This document shows positions 54,734-64,000 of a stretch of DNA of 64,000 nucleotides, one piece after another. This stretch comes from the human T2T-CHM13v2.0 reference genome, Homo sapiens. Positions within the stretch are counted from its first letter, which is position 1. Each line of letters opens with the position of its first letter. The position numbers and the translations under genes are program-made. Where the stretch lies: NCBI RefSeq assembly GCF_009914755.1, contig NC_060934.1. One strand, 5' to 3'. Below the pieces are notes generated by a model, which was not told the DNA's origin, searched no databases, and saw only the letters and a program-made list of their open reading frames with translations.

Positions 54734-56702
54734 ATCTGTAGTATGTGAGGCTGTTTGACAGTGTTTCACTCACAGTAGCACTTCTTTCAAAATTGTAGTC
54801 AATCCTCTCAAACCCTGCCACTGTTTTTTCAACTAAGTTTATGGAATATTCTAAATCCTTTGTTGTCATTTAACCATGTTCACAGCATCTTCACTGGGAA
54901 TAGAGTTCATCTCAAGAAACCACTTTCTCATCCATAGAAGCCACTTCTAATCCACGATAACTACGTCATGAAAATGCAGCAATTTGGTCCCATCTTCAGG
55001 CTCCATTTCTAACTCAGTTATCTTGCTATTCCTCCCCTGCTTTAATTTGTGGTATCTTCCTCCACTGAAGTCTTGAAACCCTCAAAGTAACTCATGAGGG
55101 TTGGAATCAACTTCTTCCAAACTCCTGATAATGTTGATATTTTGACCTCCTTCCATGAATCACAAATGTTCTTAGTGGCATCAAAAATGGTGAATTATTT
55201 CCAAAAGATTTTCAATTTACTTTGCCCAGATCTATCAGAGGAATCACCATCTACAGCGAGTATCGCCTTACAAAATGTATTTCTTAAAAAATAAGACTTG
55301 AAACTTGGAATTATTCCTTGACCCATGGGCTATAGAATGGATGTTGTGTTAGAAAGCATGAAAACTCCATTTATTTCTTTGTGCATCTCCATCAGAGCTC
55401 TTGGGTGACCAGGTGCATTGTCAATGAGCAATATTTTGAAAGGAATCTTTTGTTCTGAGCAGGTTTCAACGCTGGGTTTAAAATATTTAGTACAACATGC
55501 AGTAAACAGACATGCTGCCATCTAGGCTTTGTTGTTTCATTTATAGAGGACAGTGTGGGTTTAGCATAATTCAAGGGCCCCAGAATTTTCAGAAGAGTTA
55601 ATGAGCATTGGTTTCAAGTTAAAGTCACCAGCTACATTAGCATCTAACAAAAGAGTTAGCCTGTCCTTTGGAGCTTTGATAGGCATTGACTTCTCCTCTC
55701 TAGTTATGAAAGTCCTAGATGACATCTTCTTCCAACAGAAGACTGTTTTATCTACATTGAAAATCTGTAGTTTAGTGTAGCCACCTTCATCAATGATCTT
55801 ATCTACATCTTCTAAATAACTTACTACAGCTTTTACATCAGTACTTGCTGGTTTACCCTACACTTTTATGTTATAGAGCTGACTTATTTCCTTACATGAA
55901 ACAAACACTGCTGGCTTCAGACTTTTCTTGGGCAGCTTCCTTATCTCTCTCAGTCTTCACAAAATTGAAGAGGGTTAGGTTCTTTCTCTGGATTAGGCTT
56001 TGTGGCTGGTTTGATCTTCTATCCAGACCACTAAAACCTTACATCAGCAATAAAGCTGTTTTGTTTTTTAATCATTTGCATGTTCACTGGAATAGCACTT
56101 TTAATTTCTTTCAAGAACTTTTCCTTTGCATTCACAAATTAGCTAGCTTTTTGGTATAAGAGGCCTAGTTTTTGGCCTGCGTAAGCTTTCAACATGCCTT
56201 CCTAACTAAGCTTAAGCATTTCTAGCTTTTGATTTAAAGAGACGTGCGGCTCTTCCTTTCATTGAACACTTAGAGGGCACTGTAGGGTTATTACTTGGCC
56301 TAATTTCAATATTGTTGTTTCACAGGGAATAAGGAGGCCCAAGGAGAAGGAGAAAGCTGGAGGAATGGCTGTTCTCTGGAGCAGTCAGAACACACACAAC
56401 ATTTATCAATTAAGTTTACTGTCCCCCATGGGCATGTTCCATGGTGCCCCAAAATAATTACAATAATAACATCAGAGATCACTGGTCACAGAACACCTTA
56501 ACATATATAATACTAATAAAGGTTAAAATATTCTGATAATTGCCAAAGCGTAACACAGAAACATGAAATGAGTACATGCTGTCAGAAAAATGGCACTGGC
56601 AGACTTTTTCCCTATTCCTGAATCAGTTAACCCAAAAGAGTTGTTTGATGGGGTAGTAGGTGTGGAAACCTTGGTAATAAAGGAACTAAGCTGACATTAT
56701 TA

Positions 56703-57011
56703 TTTTTTAAATTTTTTTAGTTTTTTTTTTTTTGATGGAGTCTCAGTTTGTCACCCAGGCTGAAGTGCAGTGGCGCAATCTCGACTCACTGCAACCTTCG
56801 CCTCCTGGGTTCAAGTGACTCTTCTGCCTCAGCCTCCTGAGTAACTGGGACTACACGTGCACACCACCATGCCTGGCTAATTTTTGTATTTTTAGTAGAG
56901 ACGGGGTTTCACCATATTGGCCAGGCTGTTCTAGAACTCCTGACCTCGTGATCCACCTGCCTTGGCCTCCCAAAGTGCTGGGATTACAGGCATGAGCCAC
57001 TGCGCCCGGCC
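56703..57011 (-). mobile_element. AluSg-like
   Basis: Full dimer; cctgacctcgtgatcc; flanking tga(c/t)attat duplication. Confidence 0.93.
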
Positions 57012-58053
57012 TGATATTATTTTTTCATACGGTATCTATTATAAATATATATTTGAAATATTTTTCACTATTATCCTAAGCTAATAATAATAGGAACAAA
57101 GTTACCACATGTGCAAAAAGCTAGATGTTTAGTCAGCAAATATCTCTAATATTTATTTGCAGTTCTTGGTTATTACCATATTGAGGATTTATTCTACCTT
57201 GAAGGTTAGGAAAAATGCCACTTCAGAGAAGGTTTGCTAGGAGAAAAAATTTCTTCCTTGGCCTAATATATTTCAATTGTTGTCAGGTGTTCCAAGTGTG
57301 AATTACTGGGTATTGTACTGAATCATCTTCTATGGATCCATGTACTGCACCTTCCAACCAACACCTCTACCCCAGCACCCCTCCACACACACACACTCAT
57401 CAGATACTTTCTTGAAATTTGCATTAAAATAATGTTGAAATGACTTGGCTCAAAAGCATTAAGTGAAGAACAAGACTTAGGAAAAGCAAACCTTTCATTA
57501 TTCTTCTCTGCATTAAGTGCCTAGCTCTCTGTGAATTGCAACATTTTTAAGAACATATCCATAGTTTGATAACCTATAGATACATAGAAATTGTCTAAGT
57601 GCTAATTTTCCAAACTAACTGAGAATATTTTAAGTGTCTATCTATATACCTCTGCCTCTAGGAGAGTAGCAAAGAGATTCAAATATGAGCATACTCATAT
57701 TCTCCTTGCTTCAGGAATCTAGACGAACATTTTTACAAAAATATATACACAACACTGTTCATGCATATTATAGCCACACATATTATAGCACTCACATAAA
57801 CCCATCTCAGAGAATAAATGAAATTGTTCAAAAAAGAAAGCCAGTTAGTAATCATTTGGGACTCTCAATTATGGGCAAATAACGTTCATTCTGTATAAAG
57901 GTAAGTACAGGATTGGTGGGATTTAAGAGAGATGCTTGCATAGGCATCTCTTAGGCAATCTGGGTCAGCTTAGGCAATCTAGGTCATTTCCCAAAATATT
58001 AAAGAAAAAACATCCAGAAATTTCTGGAAACATCATGTACTATAATTTATATA

Positions 58054-58384
58054 CAGTCATGCATGGCATAACAGTGTTTTAGTCAACAATGGACCACATA
58101 TACAACTCTGGTTCCATAGATTATAATAACATTTTTACTGGGCCTATATCTAGACATATAAACAGTTAACATTATGTTACCATTGCCTACAGTATCTAGT
58201 ACAGTAACATGCTGTACAGATTTATAGCCTAGGCCCAATAGGCTGTACCATATAGCCTAGGTGTGCAGTAGTAGGCTATACCATGCAGGTTTGTGTAAGT
58301 CCCCTCTATAATGTTCACACAATGACAAAATTGCCAAAGGACACTTTTCTCAAAACATCCCCACTGTTAAGCAACACATGACTG
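58054..58384. mobile_element. Tigger3a/MER7-type MITE
   Basis: TA|cagtcatg ... catgactg|TA termini; internal tagcctagg...taggct motifs; 331 bp. Confidence 0.88.
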
Positions 58385-58516
58385 TACATCCACCTCTTTC
58401 TACATTTAAATCTTTCTCCTTGCTAAGTTTAAAAAATCATAAATTGACCCTGTTCAAATTGCAATTTGTAGTCTTTTAAATGAATACAACTTAAGTAGAT
58501 TAGAATGAATGCAGCA

Positions 58517-58725
58517 CTGAGAGGCAAAATAGCCTGAAGTTTTAAGTTCTGGACCAGACAACTTGGTGAACTTTTACAAGTTATTTAACCTCTGTGCCCA
58601 TTTTCTCATCTAAAAGCCTGGGATAATAATAACACCTATCTCACAGAATGGTTATGAGAATTAAATGATGTATAAAGTTTCTAAAACAGTAACTGGTACT
58701 GAGTAAATATTCTATAAGTGTTTAT
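58517..58725 (+). mobile_element. MIR
   Basis: caagttatttaacctctgtgcc...ttctcatct...gggataataataacacctatctcacagaatggttatgagaattaaatga. Confidence 0.8.
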
Positions 58726-60586
58726 CAACCACATAAAATAAATATTTCACTAAAGCACAAAATGTATTCTTTTCTTCCAGGGTCAAAATACACTAATAGC
58801 TCTTCAAATAGCCTGCTAGATCTAACAGTAATTGATGAACACCTTTAAGAATAAACTGAGATAAATGAGAAAAGCAAGATATTTTTGTATTGCAATATTC
58901 AGATTGTTTCCTGGTCTTCAGTACACGTGTAAACTTTCAAATCAAAATAGTACATTTTACACTACAATTGTATTTGTCTTCTGTTGTTTTGCTCTTCTTT
59001 TCTCATAATCAGGCTCTTTTTTTTCTAGTCCCAGGAAATTTTGGGTCAACATTGAACTCAAAATTACAAAAATGTGAAAAAAATGTGTAAACATTACTTT
59101 CATAGCAGTTTGCTAATATTGAAGCTGTATAGATTGAACATTTAGACATTATTTGCATTTCTTCAAAGCCTAGTATCTTATTAGGTAAGCATCAAAAATA
59201 TATACAAGAATTACTCTTGTTTCTTCAATAACTTCAGAATAAAAGCAGAAATTAATGGGATGGGTGGGCCACATGGTTATCACCAGGAAGTTATTAGGAC
59301 CTAACAGCATCTGAAGCTGGCCCTTATGATGGGAAGAGAACTGGAAAGGATTCAACAACAACTAAAATGTCTGTTCCATTAATTATCACTTGCTTATAAA
59401 AGCTATATATGAACTAGAAAAATAAAGAAGATCCCACTGGGGAAAAATTGGATTTAGGACATACATACACACAAAAACCCAAAAATACATTGTTCCCAGA
59501 ACAAATAAACTGCCATTCTCATTGCATACAGCCATCCTCCTAAAACCAAATCCAGCCTTAGGAAAAGGAAATATATTTCCTGAATAGCCAGCAACCTCCT
59601 TGAGGTCCTCTTGAATGAACTAATATACTTCTCCATGTGTGCCCAAGCCAGTGCAGAAGGAAAAGGCTGACTCTCTGTCACCAGTGTCTCGTAGAGGGAA
59701 GTAATATGATCATCTAGGTACCTCACATAAATTAGAACAGATGGAAGTATGAGTTTCTCTTTACCAGATCATGGGGTTAGGATGGAATGACTTTGATTCT
59801 CCCAATTTAAATCCTAGCTTGCCTGAAAATGCAGGCTTGTCCTTACTGTAATTCCTTCTTCAGAAAAATATCTTTAATACCCAATAAGCATAGAGAAATG
59901 AAAATATTCAGATAAGATGCATTTACTGACAAACATATCACATCAAAATTTCCTCATCCAGTGCACTACCCTCTTCTTACATGTGGGAGCAAATGTGACC
60001 CAAGGTGAAATCTACATAAAGATGAAAGTGAAAACACATAGCAATTTATAGGTAATTTGTAATAAAGCTTGCAGTAAGCATTACTGCCAAGAAATGCAGT
60101 AAATCCACAATAGGACTTCTATCATAGCTGTAAGAACTGGGTTTGTGAGAGTTTATACATTTAAGCTAAATTTCTCATATTTCCCATTTTGGCTGCTCTT
60201 ATCTTCAGCATATTAAATAATGAAAAATAAAGCTTAAATCTAATCTTCAAAGTATAAATTGTCTTATGGCTAAATTCAACATCCTAATTCAGCCCTCCAC
60301 TGTGACCATTGTTAACAACACTCAGGTAATGTGAAAGGCAAGAAAAGCAGGGGCCTGACATAAAATATATTTTTCAAAGTAAACGCCCAACATAAAATTT
60401 ATCCAATATTCCCAGTTTACTCTCAGGCAGTCATGATGCTTACTTATTTTACACATTAATATAGCTTGTGAACATCACTCATCTACTACTACTACTAGGT
60501 ACTAGGAACAATCATGGCTTGGAAAATGCAATTCTTGTCTTCTTCAACTATAAGTAAGGGGACAGTTTGAGCAGAAAGTCAAAAGA

Positions 60587-60884
<298 letters not shown>

Positions 60885-63341
60885 TCAAAAGAAAGGTGGT
60901 AATATGAAACTTCTAAACTAAGAGTTGATTTCCTGATTTGCATGTGAACATGGTAAGTAGCTTGTCCAACATCACAGAGTAAATGCTAGAGTCTAGAAGT
61001 TCTCTGAGAACACCAAATAAATAAAAGTATATAAAATGCATAGCTCAGTGCCTGGTCCATAGTCAATATTCAAAGAATGCAGCTCCTGCGCCGATCAAAC
61101 TCTCTTAGTCCAATTTGAGTGTAACACACTATCAATCAGCATACCCTGGCATTTTGATAATGTTTTTCAAGTTTGAGAATTATAAAACAACAAATAATGA
61201 GGCATTCTTATTTAGAATTTTAATAAATAATTCACACTATTCAGAAATTTTACAAATCAGAAGATTTCAATGCACATTTATTGAAAATCACTTCCCTAAA
61301 TCAAATTATCTAAAAGAGCTTACCAAAACCACTGAGTATAGAAAGGTTATAAAAGATCGATTTACTTAAGGTCAATTATGCATATGAATAATTTATCTCC
61401 AGTGTTTAATGTTACTTAATCTAAGGATAAAAATTATTTTTAATTATTAAACTTGGAATATCAAGCAATCTCTCTTTAATAAGCTAAACTTATTAATGCT
61501 TAAATGTGTATTTGGAAATTCCATGGAATTTTGATTTGCAAACATCACATATAAGGTACTTCAATATCTACTTTTAATTTGTCTGAAATGAATTACCTTG
61601 AATATACTTAAGACATATGCTGTATGTAGGAAATAAATAAATATGAATGAATCAGCATGTACAGAAACACTAATTTTAATCAGAATATGACTTTATTTTG
61701 GCCATTTGCTTAAATACCAAGTAGTTTATTTGTTTGAGGAACAAAATATTCATCTCCACTTTAATGTAAATGCCCTTCATTCCACAAAGATCATGTTAGT
61801 AACATTCTTGCAGATTCTCCAACGGAGAATTAATCCAATTATAATGCCATTTCAAATTTAAGGTTCTAAACCAGAAAATATAGTCAAAAAGAATCACAAC
61901 AATATCAGAGTTGAGATCATTAGAAGTCTTCAACAGCTGTAAGAACATTCTCTTTTCAATGATGCTGTATAATACAAAACTTGTGAGAGTTTACTAGCCC
62001 AAAGTCAGTGATAAATAGGGTAATAAGACATGGACAGATTCCATTATCTGTATGCACTCATCATGGGGAGATGTAAGGAGGCCAACAACACATCATGTTT
62101 AACAGATTTATCAGCCTTATTTTGAGATTTGGTATGAGGGGAAGAATTTTTTAAAAGATTTACTTGGAAGACTTCATTCTCAATCTACACGGCTATCCTT
62201 TCTTTTAAGTTCATAAATGGATAGTAAGAGGTATGTCCCCACCCTGAGTTCCAGCTCTACACACATCTTCAAAAAACTCTTCTTCAGTAGATAATGGAAT
62301 TTTTTCCCATGATGCACAGATGGCTAATTCCCAAGGCTGTCTTCACACAGATACTTTTTCTTCATTTCCTCCTAAAACTAAAAATTACTTTAAAAATTTT
62401 TTTTCAAGACCATGTTTCCAGTAGTGCTTGTTTTTCTTATAAGGTGAGAAGAAAGGCCTTCCTTTGGCTATCTCCCTCAAAATAATTCAATTAGGAATAC
62501 AGAACATTAAAGAGAATCCTTAAATGTCAATATGCCTTTTTGTTTAATTTTCATCTGTATGTAAAACCACGAGAAGTATGCCATCAAATTTTCCAGCACT
62601 GTGCAAACTTACAGTGAATAAAAAAAAAATAAGGTAATGTATTTTATTCCTTTATTATTTCAAAAAGCAAGACAACGAGTTAACAATAACATGACACCAA
62701 GTATCATATGGAAAAGTGGAAAAGTGCCCAATCACTTTAATTAGGTTTATAAACAAAAATACAAGACATCAAGTCAGATAATCAGGAACAAAACAAGCTT
62801 CATCTCCCTCATATGACCTCAGAATAATCAGTAATATTGTGTATCCCTTTTCACCCTGGAAAATAAGTCCTTCAAATTCCCTTTCTATGGCTTATATAAA
62901 GCCTGATGTGCTCCCCAAGGTTTCTGTAAATCACCATAGGCTTACATGCTCAGGGAGCTAAGCTGCAGCTTCTATCAAAGCAGTTCAGTTTACGGAGTAT
63001 CACAGCATTCCGCAGAGCAGCATCCATATGTACAAGTCAGCTCTTTTCCATGACTCACACAAAATAAAACTTGGTGTTCGAAGTTTTGAGGAAGGAAATA
63101 TACATGATAGAATGCAAACTTAAGATTATCCATTAAAAACTCTTGTTCTTATAGGCCACTCCAGCCATTCCCCTAGGGGATAACATGCTGTGTCATCCCC
63201 TTTCTGTTGTTCCTTTCTTCTCCAGTTTCCCCCCATTCTGCCCTCCCCAAAAGAAAGTCTGAAGCCACTAGTTGACAATTGTTGTTTTCCTTGATGTGGT
63301 CTTTAATTTAGCTCCATATTGTAAGAGTTTATAATCTAAAT

Positions 63342-63566
63342 CAGTGTTTGTCAAACTTTCTTTTTAGCAGAGGAACCTTTTGAAAAGTGAAATTGTACAC
63401 CAAACTCTAACATATGACTAAGAGAGTAGAGTTGCTGTTTGAAGTGGAGGCAGGGAGTGAACTTGGAGACTTCCCTTCAGCCTCATCATCTACCTCTCTT
63501 GTCTAATGGCTCCCAGTCACTCACTGAAAGATCAGGTCTTCATATCATCAAGTTTGAAAAATATTG
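63342..63566 (+). mobile_element. MER112-like hAT-Charlie element
   Basis: cagtgtttgtcaaact...tagcagaggaaccttt...gagttgctg...gaagtggagg...agtttgaaaaatattg. Confidence 0.65.
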
Positions 63567-64000
63567 AACTACATACAGAATAAGAAGAAACTGCCAAATT
63601 AGGTACTTTTTTGTATTTAAGAAATAAGAGAAGATGAATCAAAGTTGACCTAAAAATTATGTGCCCGTTACACTGGGAGAAAGATAACACCACTGATAGA
63701 AATCAATAAATTGGGAAAAGCATACATTACGTTTAGTGTCATAATTAGTAATCTATAAATGTGGATTTATTTCATAATGCAATTAGATGAAATGCATATA
63801 AAGATGATGACTTATGAAATGACAAAGAATTCTAAAGCTTATCATAAAACTTAAGCATTTTCAAATGAATAATAAATGGCCATATTCATCAATGCCTCCC
63901 AGTATTATAATTACACATTTTTAATTAAATCTCTGTTGATATAGGATAAGCTAAATTAAATTTCAACATCTAACTATAAAGAAAGGGACTATTTATAATT

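Noticed and set aside
55094-56159. ORFs within Tigger1 as a domesticated TIGD-like gene
   Set aside because: Transposase frame broken by stops and frameshifts; only short fragments remain.

Overview
AT-rich primate (very likely human) genomic DNA. The only protein-coding segment I can recognise is the terminal coding exon of LRRTM3 (+ strand, 8779-8988; [15 protein letters not shown]...ISDHKQQLA*). It follows a polypyrimidine/AG acceptor and leads into a multi-kb AU-rich 3' UTR with several poly(A) signals. From recalled knowledge, LRRTM3 is nested antisense in a large intron of CTNNA3 (alpha-T-catenin), so the whole window is probably CTNNA3 intron on the - strand; no known CTNNA3 exon was recognised. 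The rest is intronic/intergenic sequence with about 12 Alu/FLAM copies or fragments, two L1 3' ends, a near full-length Tigger1 carrying two nested Alus, MER2, Tigger3a, MER5A, MER102 and MER112 DNA elements, a MER61-type solo LTR, an MLT2 fragment, L2/MIR relics, an ancient CR1 reverse-transcriptase fossil and microsatellites. Repeat family and subfamily names come from remembered consensus sequences, not a search. Best leads: (1) a candidate in-frame alternative terminal exon on the CTNNA3 strand at 7856-8071; (2) a 12-bp hairpin overlapping two tandem AATAAA signals in the LRRTM3 3' UTR; (3) a 38-bp fold-back hairpin at a truncated MLT2 LTR; (4) a duplicated RORE pair beside a perfect heat-shock element. 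All four are hypotheses. I cannot support a wholly new biological system from sequence alone.
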